NCBI GenBank assembly: GCA_030680405.1
Contig: JAUXVT010000061.1
Location: 704 to 64,703, forward strand
Direction of reading: 5' to 3'
Origin: Thiobacillus sp.
GTDB lineage: Bacteria; Pseudomonadota; Gammaproteobacteria; Burkholderiales; Thiobacillaceae
Length of the DNA stretch: 64,000 bases
The position numbers and the translations under genes are program-made. Numbering within the stretch: position 1 is the first letter of the stretch; every line of letters starts with the position of its first letter. The notes under the pieces are model-generated. The model was not told the origin of the DNA, did not search any database, and was given only the letters and a program-made list of their open reading frames with translations. This document shows positions 8,614 through 19,280 of this stretch, piece by piece.

Positions 8614-11600
8614 AGCGCATCGTCTGGGGCCTGGTCGGGGTGTTTGCCTTGCTAGTGGCGCTGGTTGCGGCGGGCGCCTTGATGGCGACCACCGCCAGCG
8701 GATTCCGCTGGCTGACCGGGGCGGTGACGACGCTCAGCGGCGAGCGGCTGAAGTTTGAAGGCGTCGACGGTCACCTCGGCGTGCCGCTTGGCATTCAAAA
8801 ACTGACGATCGCCACTGACCTGAGGCGCATCGAGATAGAAGGTCTGCGTCTGGAATGGCAACCGCGCGTGCTGTGGCAACGCCGGATCGAGGTTGATCTG
8901 CTGGCGGCGCAGGAGCTGCGGGTGAGCACCCTGAAAAAGGATCCGACGCCGCCCGAGCTTCCCGTCAGCCTGCGCCTGCCGCTCGATCTGCGCGTCCACG
9001 TGATCGACCTGGCGCGGCTGGACGTGGTCGAGGCGGGCAAGACCCTGACGTTTCGCAATCTCAAGGCCCGCCTCGATGGCACGGGCGAGCGCTATCGGCT
9101 GACCGGGATGTCGCTGGAGTCGCCCTGGGCGGACGTCAGCGGGCAGCTCGATCTCGGCAAGGACGCGCCGTTTGCACTGCAGGGTCGGGTCGATGCGGCG
9201 CGCCGCGCCCCCCGGCCGGTAACGGCGCGGCTCGAACTGACGGGGGCGCTGGCCGCGCTGGAGTTCCAGCTCAACGCAGCAGCCGAGGGTATGCGCTTTC
9301 TCGCCAGCGGCGAGGCGGCGCCGTTTGCGAAAGTGCGTTTATCCAGGCTGCTGGTGGCCGGGCAGGGCATCGACCCGCGCCTGTTCGTGGCGGACGCGCC
9401 CACCGCCGATCTGGCGTTTTCCGGCGTATTCGAAGGCCAGCCGGACGAACGCCTGCTCGGCACCTTCAGCCTCAGCAATAGGCTAGCCGGGCGGATCGAC
9501 CAGAATCGCCTGCCGCTGGCCAATCTGACCGGTGCGGTTCTCGGCGACATCACGCGCGCCGATTTCAGCGCCTTGGCCATTGATCTCGGCGCGGCCGGGC
9601 AGCTGACGGGCGACGGCCAGTGGCGCGACGGCCGGGTGACGCTGAACCTCGCCAGCCCGCGCCTCAACCTGGCGGGGCTGCACCGCGATCTGCATGCCAC
9701 CCGCATGCGCACGATTTTGCAACTGGCAGGCGACGCGGCACGCCAGACGCTCAGCGGCGAGGTGGCTGAAACCTGGGGGCAGGGCCGCTTCACGCTCAGT
9801 CACGCCGACGCGGCCTTGCGGCTGGAGACGGCGAATTTTGCCGGACAGGCAGGACGATTGACCGCGCACGGCGTATTGCAGCTCGATGCCAGCCGTGCGT
9901 TTTCCGCCGAATTCGACGCCGTGCAGATCAACCCGGCGCGCTTCGGCAAATTTCCGCGCGCGCGGCTGAATGCGCGCGGCCAGGTAAGCGGCGCGCTGGC
10001 GCCCGAACTGCGCCTGCAAGCCCGGTTCACCCTGCCGCCGGGCGAGCTCGAAGGCCGCCCTGTAACAGGACAAGGCCGGCTGCGCTACGAAAGCCGGCAT
10101 CTCGCCGACGCCGACATCGACCTCAATCTGGCCGGCAATTTGGCCAGGCTCAAGGGCGCCTTTGGCCGCGCCGGCGACCGCCTCACCTGGGACATCGATG
10201 CGCCGGCGCTGGCGCGCCTCAACCTGGGGCTGGCCGGGCGCCTGACCAGCCGCGGCAGCGTGAGCGGCGACCCCGGCCAGCCGCAGATCGAGGCGGTGCT
10301 TGCCGCCAGCGGCCTGCGCCTGCCGGGCGACATCGCCGCCGACACCCTGAACCTGCAGCTCGATCTGCAGGCCGCCGCCACCGGTGCTTTCAACGGCCAA
10401 CTCGATGCGCGCGGGATGACGGTGGCCGGGCAGCGCCTGAGTTCTGTGCGCGCCACCGCGCAGGGCCGCCGCAATGCCCACACCCTGGTGCTCGACGCCC
10501 GCATGCCCGATTGGCGGGTGACCGCGACCCTGGCCGGCGGACTGGATGTCGGCCAGGTCTGGCGCGGGCAGCTGACTCAGGCCGAGGTGCAGGGACGCTG
10601 GCCGATGGAACTGATGGCGCCCGCCCCCCTGCTGCTGTCGCGCGAGCAGCAACAGGTGGACCATCTGGCGCTGACGCTGGCGGGCGGCCGGGTGACGGTC
10701 GAGCAGTTCAGCCGCCGGGGCGCGCGGCTGGCTTCGCGCGGCGCGCTCGCCAACCTGCCGCTGGCGCCGTTCCTGGCGCTGCTGGAAACCGCGCCGCCAT
10801 TCACCACCGATCTCAGGGTCAACGGCAACTGGAATCTGCGCGTCGGCGACACCCTCGACGGCCAGGTGCGCCTCATTCGCCAGTCGGGCGACGTGCGCAT
10901 GAACGAGCCGGCCATGAATCTGGGTCTGACGACGCTCGCGCTCGACCTCAACGCCGAGGCCAGCCGCGTCACGGCATACGTCGAGGCGGCCAGCCGCGAG
11001 GCCGGCCAGCTGCGCGCCGAAGGGCGCGCCACGCTGCTGCGCGAGGGCGCCGTCTTCACCTTGCCGCGCAGCGCGCCGCTGGCGTGGACGGCGCAGCTCG
11101 ACATGCCCAACCTGCGTCTGCTCAAACCCTTCATTCCAGTCGGCATCCGTGCCGACGCCCGCCTCAATGCCCAGCTCACCGGCAGCGGCAGCCTGGCGGC
11201 GCCACGCATCGATGGCCAGATTGATGCCAGCCAGATCCGTTTTTCCATGCCCGAAGAAGGAATCGCCATCACCGACGGCACGCTCAAACTCATCCTGGCT
11301 GACGATCGCGTGCGGGTGCAGGAGGGCGAGCTGAAGGGCCAGAGCGGCCGTATCGGGGTGAGCGGCGAGGCGCAGCTGAAAAAACCGCAGGCGGGCCTCA
11401 CGCTGACCTTTGAAAAGTTCGCCGCCACCAACCGCAGCGACCGGCGCGTGGTCGTTTCCGGGATCACGCGCCTCAATCTCGATCAGAAACGTCTGCAACT
11501 CACCGGCGAACTCAGCGCCGACCGCGCCCGCATCGAAATCCCGGAAGCCAGCCGTCCCGCGCTGTCGGCCGATGTCGTCGTCGTCGGGCAGCCGCCGCGC

Positions 11601-12335
11601 GAAAAAGCCGCCGCCCGGCGCATCCCGCTGGTGCTCGACCTCAAGCTTAATCTGGGCGGCGATTTCCTGTTCAAGGGCGGCGGGCTCGATGCGCGCCTGG
11701 GCGGCCAGTTGCGCGTGTTCACCGTGAACCAGGTGCTGCGCGGCGAGGGCCGCATCCGGGTGGAAGAGGGGCGCTACGCCGCCTATGCGCAGACGCTCAA
11801 TATCGAGCGGGGCGTGCTGCGCTTTGTCGGGCCCATCGACAATCCCGGCATCGACGTGCTGGCGGTGCGCAAAACCCCGAGCGTCAAGGTGGGCGTGCAG
11901 GTCAGAGGAACGGTGCAGCGCCCGGTGGTGACGCTGTATTCCGATCCGGCGCTGCCGGATACCGAGAAGCTCGCCTGGCTGGTGCTGGGGCATGGCCTGG
12001 AAACGGGGGGGCAGCAGGAGTTTGCGGTGCTTCAGATCGCCGCCGGTGCGCTGCTGGGCCAGGCGGAATCGGTGGGTTTTCAGGCGCAGCTTGCCGAGGC
12101 CCTGCGCATCGAAAGCTTCGAGGTGCGTGCGGGTGAGGGCGAAGGCCTCTCCAGCGCCGTGGTCAGCGTCGGCAAGCGGCTGTCCTCGCGCGCTATGCTG
12201 AGCTACGAGCAGAGCCTGGATGGACTGACCCAGGTGGTCAAAGTGCTGTACCAGCTGACGCCGCATGTGCGGCTGGAAGCGCAGGCCGGGCAACAAAGCA
12301 GTTTCGATGTGTTTTACAGCCTGGAATACGACTGA
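8610..12335 (+). CDS. tamB: Translocation and assembly module TamB
   Basis: N-terminal TM anchor, long beta-repeat region, DUF490-like C-terminus (GPIDNPGIDV, VGKRLS); TTGA overlap with tamA. Confidence 0.88.
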   Translation: MKRIVWGLVGVFALLVALVAAGALMATTASGFRWLTGAVTTLSGERLKFEGVDGHLGVPLGIQKLTIATDLRRIEIEGLRLEWQPRVLWQRRIEVDLLAAQELRVSTLKKDPTPPELPVSLRLPLDLRVHVIDLARLDVVEAGKTLTFRNLKARLDGTGERYRLTGMSLESPWADVSGQLDLGKDAPFALQGRVDAARRAPRPVTARLELTGALAALEFQLNAAAEGMRFLASGEAAPFAKVRLSRLLVAGQGIDPRLFVADAPTADLAFSGVFEGQPDERLLGTFSLSNRLAGRIDQNRLPLANLTGAVLGDITRADFSALAIDLGAAGQLTGDGQWRDGRVTLNLASPRLNLAGLHRDLHATRMRTILQLAGDAARQTLSGEVAETWGQGRFTLSHADAALRLETANFAGQAGRLTAHGVLQLDASRAFSAEFDAVQINPARFGKFPRARLNARGQVSGALAPELRLQARFTLPPGELEGRPVTGQGRLRYESRHLADADIDLNLAGNLARLKGAFGRAGDRLTWDIDAPALARLNLGLAGRLTSRGSVSGDPGQPQIEAVLAASGLRLPGDIAADTLNLQLDLQAAATGAFNGQLDARGMTVAGQRLSSVRATAQGRRNAHTLVLDARMPDWRVTATLAGGLDVGQVWRGQLTQAEVQGRWPMELMAPAPLLLSREQQQVDHLALTLAGGRVTVEQFSRRGARLASRGALANLPLAPFLALLETAPPFTTDLRVNGNWNLRVGDTLDGQVRLIRQSGDVRMNEPAMNLGLTTLALDLNAEASRVTAYVEAASREAGQLRAEGRATLLREGAVFTLPRSAPLAWTAQLDMPNLRLLKPFIPVGIRADARLNAQLTGSGSLAAPRIDGQIDASQIRFSMPEEGIAITDGTLKLILADDRVRVQEGELKGQSGRIGVSGEAQLKKPQAGLTLTFEKFAATNRSDRRVVVSGITRLNLDQKRLQLTGELSADRARIEIPEASRPALSADVVVVGQPPREKAAARRIPLVLDLKLNLGGDFLFKGGGLDARLGGQLRVFTVNQVLRGEGRIRVEEGRYAAYAQTLNIERGVLRFVGPIDNPGIDVLAVRKTPSVKVGVQVRGTVQRPVVTLYSDPALPDTEKLAWLVLGHGLETGGQQEFAVLQIAAGALLGQAESVGFQAQLAEALRIESFEVRAGEGEGLSSAVVSVGKRLSSRAMLSYEQSLDGLTQVVKVLYQLTPHVRLEAQAGQQSSFDVFYSLEYD

Positions 12336-12438
12336 ACCGATCAGGTCCCGATGGTAGAATCGGGCGCATGTTAGACGTTCGCATCACCGCCATGAATTCC
12401 CTGTGCCGATTGCCTGCCCTGTCCGGAGGGGATCGTTG

Positions 12439-13182
12439 ATGCGCATCCTGCTGTCCAACGACGACGGTTACTTCGCCCCCGGCCTCGCCGCGCTGGCGCA
12501 GGCGCTCGCGCCGCTGGCCGACATTACTGTGGTGGCGCCCGAACGCGACCGCAGCGGCGCCTCCAATTCGCTCACGCTCGACCGCCCACTAATGCTGCGC
12601 CAGGCACCGGGCGGCTTTCATTACGTCAACGGCACGCCGACCGATTGCGTGCATCTGGCCGTCACCGGCATGCTGGACCACATGCCCGACATGGTGATTT
12701 CCGGCATCAATCACGGCGCCAACATGGGTGACGACACGATCTATTCCGGCACCGTCGCCGCCGCCACCGAAGGTTATCTGCTGGGCATTCCGTCGATTGC
12801 GGTATCGCTCGCCAACCACAACGCGCAGCACTTCGACACCGCTGCACGCGTGGTGGTCGAGCTGGTGCAGCGCATCCAGGCGCAGCCGCCGACCGAGCCG
12901 ATGCTGCTCAACGTCAACGTGCCGGATCGCGCCTGGGCCGATCTGAGCGGCCTCACCGTGACCCGGCTGGGCAAGCGCCACAAGGCCGAGTCGGTGGTGA
13001 AAACCACCAACCCGCGCGGCCAGACCGTGTACTGGGTGGGCGCGGCGGGGCTGGCTCAGGACGCGGGCGAGGGCACCGATTTTCATGCCGTTGCCAACGG
13101 GCTTGTTTCGATCACTCCACTGCAAATGGATTTGACCCGTTTCAGCCAGATGGACAGCGTGAACGCATGGCTGAAACTCTGA
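12439..13182 (+). CDS. surE: 5'/3'-nucleotidase SurE
   Basis: [34 protein letters not shown]. Confidence 0.96.
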   Translation: MRILLSNDDGYFAPGLAALAQALAPLADITVVAPERDRSGASNSLTLDRPLMLRQAPGGFHYVNGTPTDCVHLAVTGMLDHMPDMVISGINHGANMGDDTIYSGTVAAATEGYLLGIPSIAVSLANHNAQHFDTAARVVVELVQRIQAQPPTEPMLLNVNVPDRAWADLSGLTVTRLGKRHKAESVVKTTNPRGQTVYWVGAAGLAQDAGEGTDFHAVANGLVSITPLQMDLTRFSQMDSVNAWLKL

Positions 13183-13847
13183 ACCTGCGCGCCGGCATCG
13201 GCATGACCTCGGCACGCACGCGTGGCCGCATGGTCGAGCGCCTGCGCGAGCAGGGCATCAAGGACGAAACCGTGCTGGCGGTGATGGGCAGCGTGCCACG
13301 TCATCTGTTTGTGGACCAGGCGCTGGAATCGCGCGCCTACGAAGACACCGCGCTGCCGATCGGTTTTGGGCAGACGATTTCCAATCCCTACATCGTGGCG
13401 CGCATGGCTGAGCTGGCACGCTACGGCGAGAACGGCCAGGGCCAGGCGCTCGGGCGCGTGCTGGAAATCGGGCTGGGCTGCGGCTATCAGGCCGCGGTGC
13501 TGGGCAAACTGGCGCGCGAGGTGGTGTCGATGGAACGCATCGCCGCGCTGGTCGGCAAGACCCGCCAGCGCCTGCGCGAGCTCAGGGTGAACAACGTCAA
13601 GCCCAAGCACGGCGACGGCATGGCGGGGGCGAAGGATTTTGCGCCGTTCAACGCCATCGTGATTGCGGCCGCGTTTGCCGAGGTACCGCACGCCCTGCTG
13701 GCGCAGCTGGCCGACGGCGGGCGCCTGGTGATGCCGCTCGGCCACGCCACGCAGACGCTGTGCGTGGTCGAGCGCCAGGGCGATGCGTTCATCGAGCACC
13801 TGCTCGAAGGGGTGAAATTCGTCCCCCTGCTGCCGGGGGTGGCGTGA
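13167..13847 (+). CDS. pcm: Protein-L-isoaspartate O-methyltransferase
   Basis: [40 protein letters not shown]. Confidence 0.95.
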   Translation: MAETLNLRAGIGMTSARTRGRMVERLREQGIKDETVLAVMGSVPRHLFVDQALESRAYEDTALPIGFGQTISNPYIVARMAELARYGENGQGQALGRVLEIGLGCGYQAAVLGKLAREVVSMERIAALVGKTRQRLRELRVNNVKPKHGDGMAGAKDFAPFNAIVIAAAFAEVPHALLAQLADGGRLVMPLGHATQTLCVVERQGDAFIEHLLEGVKFVPLLPGVA

Positions 13848-14794
13848 TTAGGATGGCACCCGGGGGGGGCATGATCGGGGTGGTGGCTGGAGGGGGGGCG
13901 CGAGTCGCCTGGCTAGGCGTGATGCTGCTGGGGCTGGTTGCCTGCACCGCGTCCGGGCCAGCGCCGGTGAGCGATCGATCCCCGGCGCGCACCGCAGTCA
14001 AGTCCGTGGCACCGCGTCCCGCCACGCCGCAGATCGCGCTGTCCACCAACGGCCTGCATACCATACAGCGCGGCGATACGCTGTATGGCATCGCCTTTGC
14101 CAACGGTCTCGATTACCGCGAGATCGCCATCTGGAACCAGCTGGAATCGGCTGACCTCATTCTGGTCGGCCAGGTGCTGCGGCTGACGCCGCCGCCGGGC
14201 GCGGTCGAAATCAGGCCGCTCGACGACGAGCCCGTACCGAGCGCGCGCCCGCTGGCAGAGCCGCCTGTGCTGCGCGAACCGCAAGCGGTGTTGCTGGCGT
14301 ATTCCGAAGCCAACTGGGCGCAGGCGTCGGGCGCGCGCCCGGTGACGGCGGTGGCGCCCGCTGCGGTCAGGCCGGCGCCTGTCGCAGTTGTGTCCCCGGC
14401 TCCGGCAACCGCTGCAAGCGGGGCGGTCGACAGCTGGCTGTGGCCGGTAGCCGGCACGCTGGCCGGGCGCTTTGGCGCAGCGGGCGGCAAGGGCATCGAC
14501 ATCGTGGGGCAGCGCAATGCGCCGGTGAAAGCGGTGGCGCCCGGCAAGGTGGTGTATAGCGGCAGCGGCCTGCGCGGTTATGGGCGGCTGCTGATCGTCA
14601 AGCATGCGGGCGAGTTTCTCTCGGCCTACGCGCACAACGAAACGATCCTGGTGAAGGAAGGCGACAGCGTGACCGCCGGGCAGAAGATTGCCCTGATGGG
14701 CGACAGCGACGCCGACCGGGTGAAACTGCATTTTGAAATCCGCCGTTATGGCAAACCGCTTGATCCCCTGAACTATCTGCCGGAGCGCTCATGA
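13844..14794 (+). CDS. nlpD: LysM/M23 lipoprotein NlpD (start uncertain: 13844, 13853 or 13871)
   Basis: Lipobox LVAC, LysM ([11 protein letters not shown]), M23 domain (AYAHN, LHFEIR); sits between pcm and rpoS. Confidence 0.9.
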   Translation: MIRMAPGGGMIGVVAGGGARVAWLGVMLLGLVACTASGPAPVSDRSPARTAVKSVAPRPATPQIALSTNGLHTIQRGDTLYGIAFANGLDYREIAIWNQLESADLILVGQVLRLTPPPGAVEIRPLDDEPVPSARPLAEPPVLREPQAVLLAYSEANWAQASGARPVTAVAPAAVRPAPVAVVSPAPATAASGAVDSWLWPVAGTLAGRFGAAGGKGIDIVGQRNAPVKAVAPGKVVYSGSGLRGYGRLLIVKHAGEFLSAYAHNETILVKEGDSVTAGQKIALMGDSDADRVKLHFEIRRYGKPLDPLNYLPERS

Positions 14795-15735
14795 GCCGCA
14801 AACCCAGCGACGAATCGGATGACCTGACGCCTGACGAAGCCGAAGCAGAGCAACAGGCCGCTGCGGATACCAGCGAGGAACTGGCATCGGCCATCCTCGA
14901 CGAGCCGCAGGTCGACGTCACCCAGTTGTATCTCAACGAAATCGGCCGCGCGCCGCTGCTGACCGCGCAAGAGGAAGTCGCGCTGGCGCGGCGCATCGTG
15001 CAGGGCGATTTTGAGGCGCGTCAGACCATGATCGAGCGCAATCTGCGGCTGGTGGTCAACATCGCCAAGCATTACGCCAACCGCGGGCTGACCCTGCTCG
15101 ATCTGGTGGAGGAGGGCAATCTCGGCCTCATCCATGCGCTGGAAAAATTCGACCCCGAGCGCGGCTTCCGCTTTTCGACCTACGCTACCTGGTGGATCCG
15201 CCAGAACATCGAGCGCGCGATCATGAACCAGTCGCGCACCATCCGCCTGCCGGTGCACATCATCAAGGAGCTCAATATCTATCTGCGCGCCCAGCGCCAT
15301 CTGGAAACGCATGGCGTGACCGACGCCACCTCGGACGACATCGCCGCGCTGACCGGGCATCCGGTCGAAGACGTGCGCCGCATCATGCGGCTGAATGAAC
15401 GGGTGGCCTCGCTCGATGCGCCGCTTGACGTAGATCCCACGCTGTCGCTGGGCGAAGCGATCGCCGACGACAACACCCATCTGCCGGACGAAATGCTGCA
15501 GCTCGAAGAAATCGAGCATCACGTCCACGAATGGCTGACCCAGCTCAACGGCAAGCAGCGCTGGGTGATCGAGCGCCGTTTTGGTTTGAACAACTGCACG
15601 GCCTGCACGCTGGAAGATCTGGCGCTGGAGCTGCAGGTCACCCGCGAACGCGTGCGGCAGATCCAGATGGAATCCCTACGCGTGCTGCGGCAGGTGCTGC
15701 GGCGGCGCGGCGTCTCCAAAGACGAATTATTCTGA
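14791..15735 (+). CDS. rpoS: RNA polymerase sigma factor RpoS
   Basis: NLRLVV, DLVEEGNLGL, FDPERGFRFSTYATWWIRQ, TRERVRQIQ; nlpD-rpoS synteny. Confidence 0.95.
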   Translation: MSRKPSDESDDLTPDEAEAEQQAAADTSEELASAILDEPQVDVTQLYLNEIGRAPLLTAQEEVALARRIVQGDFEARQTMIERNLRLVVNIAKHYANRGLTLLDLVEEGNLGLIHALEKFDPERGFRFSTYATWWIRQNIERAIMNQSRTIRLPVHIIKELNIYLRAQRHLETHGVTDATSDDIAALTGHPVEDVRRIMRLNERVASLDAPLDVDPTLSLGEAIADDNTHLPDEMLQLEEIEHHVHEWLTQLNGKQRWVIERRFGLNNCTACTLEDLALELQVTRERVRQIQMESLRVLRQVLRRRGVSKDELF

Positions 15736-15745
15736 CGCTGACGTC

Positions 15746-16663
15746 ATGCCGCGCGTCGCCTACCTGACGCATCCCGATTGCCTGCGCCATGATGTCGGCC
15801 CCTGGCATCCGGAATCGCCCAAACGCCAGCAGGCGATCGACGCTGCCTTGCGCGCCGCCCCGTGGTTTGGCGAGCTGACAGAAATCGAAGCGCCGCAAGC
15901 CACCATCGAACAGCTGGCGCGCGCGCATGCCCGCGATCACATCGACGCCATGCGCAGTGCGATCCCGCACAGCGGCGTCGCCTGGCTCGATCCCGACACC
16001 GGTCTCAATCCGTTCAGCTGGAACGCCGCGCTGGCGGCGAGCGGCGCGGTGGTGCACGCGGTCGATGCCGTGATGGCGGGCGAGGCGAAGCGCGCTTTCT
16101 GCAACGTGCGCCCACCCGGTCACCACGCAGAAGCCGGCCGCGCGATGGGCTTCTGCCTGTTCAACAATATCGCGGTCGGCGTGAGGCACGCGCTGGCCGG
16201 GTACCCGATCGAGCGCATCGCCATCGTCGATTTCGATGTTCATCATGGCAACGGCACCGAAGCTATTTTCCGCGACGAGCCGCGGGTGTTGCTGTGTTCC
16301 AGTTTCCGTCACCCGTTCTACCCCTACAGCGGTGCGCAGCCGCACTCCGGCTACATTCCCGCGCCGCTGCCGCAGGGCGCGGACGGCGTGCAGTTCCGTG
16401 CGGCCGTCGAACAGCATTTTCTGCCTGCGCTGGAGGCGTTCCGGCCGCAGCTGATTTTCATCTCGGCCGGCTTCGACGCCCACCGCGATGACCCCCTCGG
16501 CGGCCTCAATCTGCTCGAAGCCGATTATGCCTGGATCACCCGTGAGCTGTGCGTGCTGGCCGACTGCCACGCCGACGGGCGCGTGGTGTCGGTGCTTGAA
16601 GGCGGCTATGACCTGGGCGCGCTCGGACGCTGCGCGGTGGCGCATGTGGGGGCCATGCAGTGA
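15746..16663 (+). CDS. Histone deacetylase family protein
   Basis: HPESP.R, RPPGHHA, DFDVHHGNGT, SAGFDAH, LEGGY. Confidence 0.92.
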   Translation: MPRVAYLTHPDCLRHDVGPWHPESPKRQQAIDAALRAAPWFGELTEIEAPQATIEQLARAHARDHIDAMRSAIPHSGVAWLDPDTGLNPFSWNAALAASGAVVHAVDAVMAGEAKRAFCNVRPPGHHAEAGRAMGFCLFNNIAVGVRHALAGYPIERIAIVDFDVHHGNGTEAIFRDEPRVLLCSSFRHPFYPYSGAQPHSGYIPAPLPQGADGVQFRAAVEQHFLPALEAFRPQLIFISAGFDAHRDDPLGGLNLLEADYAWITRELCVLADCHADGRVVSVLEGGYDLGALGRCAVAHVGAMQ

Positions 16664-17316
16664 TCGCCTGGTCGCAGATTGATACCGTCTTCCTCGACAT
16701 GGACGGCACCCTGCTGGACTTGCATTTCGACAATCATTTCTGGCTGGAGCATATGCCGTGTCGCTATGCCGAATATCACGGCCTCGCGCCGGAAAAGGCA
16801 CGCGCGCATCTCACCGCGCATTACGCGCGCCACAGCGGCACGCTCAACTGGTACTGCCTGGATTTCTGGAGCAGCGAACTCGCGCTCGATATCGTGCAGC
16901 TGAAGGAGGAGGTCGCGCACCTCATTGCGGTGCGCCCGGACGTGCCGGCATTTCTGCAGGCGGTGCGTGCGTCGGGACGCCGGGTGGTGATGGTGACCAA
17001 CGCGCATCCCAAGAGCCTCGACCTGAAAATGCGCGAAACCCGGATCGACGCCTATTTTGACGCGCTGATCTCGTCCCATCAAGTCGGCCTGCCCAAGGAA
17101 CACCCGGATTTCTGGCAGGCTTTGCAGGCGATCGAACCGTATGACAAGCGCCGCACCCTGTTCGTCGACGACAGCCTGCCGGTGCTGAAGAGTGCGCAGG
17201 CTTATGGCATCGCCCACCTGCTGGCGGTGTGCAACCCGGACTCGCGGCAGCCGCACAAGGATTGCGGCGACTTCACCGGCATCACCAGCTTTGCGCAGGT
17301 GATCCCGGGCGAATAA
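16660..17316 (+). CDS. yrfG: HAD-family GMP/IMP nucleotidase (YrfG-like)
   Basis: LDMDGTLLDLHFDNHFW, WYCLDFWS, LFVDD. Confidence 0.88.
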   Translation: MIAWSQIDTVFLDMDGTLLDLHFDNHFWLEHMPCRYAEYHGLAPEKARAHLTAHYARHSGTLNWYCLDFWSSELALDIVQLKEEVAHLIAVRPDVPAFLQAVRASGRRVVMVTNAHPKSLDLKMRETRIDAYFDALISSHQVGLPKEHPDFWQALQAIEPYDKRRTLFVDDSLPVLKSAQAYGIAHLLAVCNPDSRQPHKDCGDFTGITSFAQVIPGE

Positions 17317-17333
17317 GGCGCAGGCCGGCGGGG

Positions 17334-17735
17334 TCAGTTCCCGGCGACTTCCCGGCTGACCCGTTCGATCAGCACCGCCGCGCCGACCGTGCGGCCCTCG
17401 GCGGCAAGAATGTTATAGGTACGGCACAGCGCGCCGAGGTCCATCACCTCGAGCCCGATGCGCGCATCCATCAGCGCACGCGTGAGCGAGGGGTGGGGAA
17501 AGCGCAGGCGGGTGCCGGTGCCCAGCAGCAGGATATCCAGTTCGCGATGGGCGACCCATTCGAAATGGGCAGCGGTCAGCGCGTCAAAATCAAGGCCGGC
17601 CCAGGGGGCGATCTCGACGCCGCGCGCGGTCAGCAGCAGGCTGGCTTCGTGGCGATGGCCGTTGATGAGGACATGGTCGTCGCCATAACCGGTGAACAGC
17701 AGCTGACTGGCGTCGGTGTTGAGGTGCAGTTTCAT
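17334..17735 (-). CDS. Mth938-like (DUF498) protein
   Basis: LLLGTG, GLEVMD.GA.CRTYNIL.AEGR.V.AA. Confidence 0.88.
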   Translation of the reverse strand: MKLHLNTDASQLLFTGYGDDHVLINGHRHEASLLLTARGVEIAPWAGLDFDALTAAHFEWVAHRELDILLLGTGTRLRFPHPSLTRALMDARIGLEVMDLGALCRTYNILAAEGRTVGAAVLIERVSREVAGN

Positions 17736-17879
17736 GATGAAACCATAGCAGATTCAATGAAATCCGGGTGTCACCAGCTGCAACTGCGTTTGCCGGGGCA
17801 GGGCGCCTCCGGTAAAATTGCGCATTTCCCAAGGCGTTGTTTTGCCTTGGTTTTGCGCAGGTTGACCAGGAAGCTCGCC

Positions 17880-19124
17880 ATGACGGCTGACAACAAGCCA
17901 CGCTTACGCACCATTCACAAATCGTCCAAGCTCGACAATGTCTGCTACGACATCCGCGGACCAGTGATGGCGCGCGCCCGGCAGATGGAGGAAGAAGGCC
18001 ATCGCATCATCAAGCTGAACATCGGCAATCCGGCGCCGTTCGGCTTCGAGGCGCCCGAGGAAATCGTGCAGGACGTGATCCTGAACCTGCCGAATGCCTC
18101 GGGCTACAGCGATTCCAGGGGGCTCTTTTCGGCACGCAAGGCGATCATGCACGAGACCCAGCGCAAGGGCATTCCCGGGGTGCAGATCGACGACATCTTC
18201 ATCGGCAACGGCGCCTCCGAGCTGATCGTGATGGCGATGCAGGCACTCCTGAACAACGGCGACGAGGTGTTGGTACCGGCGCCTGATTACCCCTTGTGGA
18301 CCGCGGCGGTGAGCCTCGGCGGCGGCAAGCCGCGCCATTACCTGTGCGACGAGGGCGCCGGCTGGTTGCCCGATCTGGACGACATCCGTGCCAAGATCAC
18401 GCACAACACGCGCGCCATCGTCATCATCAACCCGAACAATCCGACCGGCGCGCTGTACCCGACCGAATTCTTGCTGGAAATCCTGGAAATCGCGCGGCAG
18501 CACCAGCTGATTGTGTATGCCGACGAAATCTACGACAAGGTCCTGTTCGATGGCGTGGTGCATACCTCGATCGGCTCGCTGGCAGACGACGTGCTGGTGG
18601 TGACCTTAAACGGCCTGTCGAAGAACTACCGCGCCTGCGGCTATCGCTCGGGCTGGCTGATCGTGTCGGGCGACAAGCGCCACGCCAGGGATTATCTGGA
18701 AGGCCTCAACATGCTGGCGTCGATGCGCCTTTGTTCCAACGTGCCGGGGCAGTATGCGATCCAGACCGCGCTCGGCGGCTACCAGAGCATCAACGATCTG
18801 GTCGCGCCGAGCGGGCGGCTGACCCGTCAGCGCGACCTGGCGCACGAGCTGCTGACCCTGATTCCCGGCGTCAGCTGCGTGAAGCCCAAGGCGTCGATGT
18901 ATCTGTTCCCTCGGCTCGACCCCAAGCTCTACCCCATCCACGACGACCAGAAGTTCATCCTCAACCTGCTGGAAGAGGAACGCGTGCTGGTGGTGCAGGG
19001 CACCGGCTTCAACTGGCCCAAGCCCGATCATATCCGGGTGGTGTTCCTGCCGCACGAAGAAGATTTGACCGAGGCGATTTCGCGCATGAGCCGGTTCCTC
19101 GACCGCCAGCGTGGCCATCGCTGA
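17880..19124 (+). CDS. alaA: Alanine aminotransferase AlaA/AlaT (class I PLP)
   Basis: KSSKLDNVCYDIRGPV, NPNNPTG, DEIYDK, NGLSKNYRACGYRSGW. Confidence 0.92.
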   Translation: MTADNKPRLRTIHKSSKLDNVCYDIRGPVMARARQMEEEGHRIIKLNIGNPAPFGFEAPEEIVQDVILNLPNASGYSDSRGLFSARKAIMHETQRKGIPGVQIDDIFIGNGASELIVMAMQALLNNGDEVLVPAPDYPLWTAAVSLGGGKPRHYLCDEGAGWLPDLDDIRAKITHNTRAIVIINPNNPTGALYPTEFLLEILEIARQHQLIVYADEIYDKVLFDGVVHTSIGSLADDVLVVTLNGLSKNYRACGYRSGWLIVSGDKRHARDYLEGLNMLASMRLCSNVPGQYAIQTALGGYQSINDLVAPSGRLTRQRDLAHELLTLIPGVSCVKPKASMYLFPRLDPKLYPIHDDQKFILNLLEEERVLVVQGTGFNWPKPDHIRVVFLPHEEDLTEAISRMSRFLDRQRGHR

Positions 19125-19130
19125 TTTTTT

Positions 19131-19254
19131 ATCCGCGAATACCCAATAGGCATAAAGGACGCGAAGAGACGCGAAGCAAATTCACACGAAGATCAGCCAT
19201 GAAGGATTCGGGTCTTCCAGGTTTTCTTCGCGCTTCTTCGCGACCTTCGCGGAT
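19131..19254. repeat. Long imperfect inverted-repeat element
   Basis: Left arm ATCCGCGAA...CGCGAAGAGACGCGAAG pairs with right arm CTTCGCGCTTCTTCGCGACCTTCGCGGAT. Confidence 0.7.
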
Positions 19255-19280
19255 ATGTACATTTTGACTGAGATTAATCA

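Noticed and set aside
9483-12296. Very long antisense ORFs (also 23876-25705, 35938-37725, 52592-54553, 59290-61035)
   Set aside because: Shadow frames of well-supported genes, expected in high-GC DNA; no recognisable motifs.
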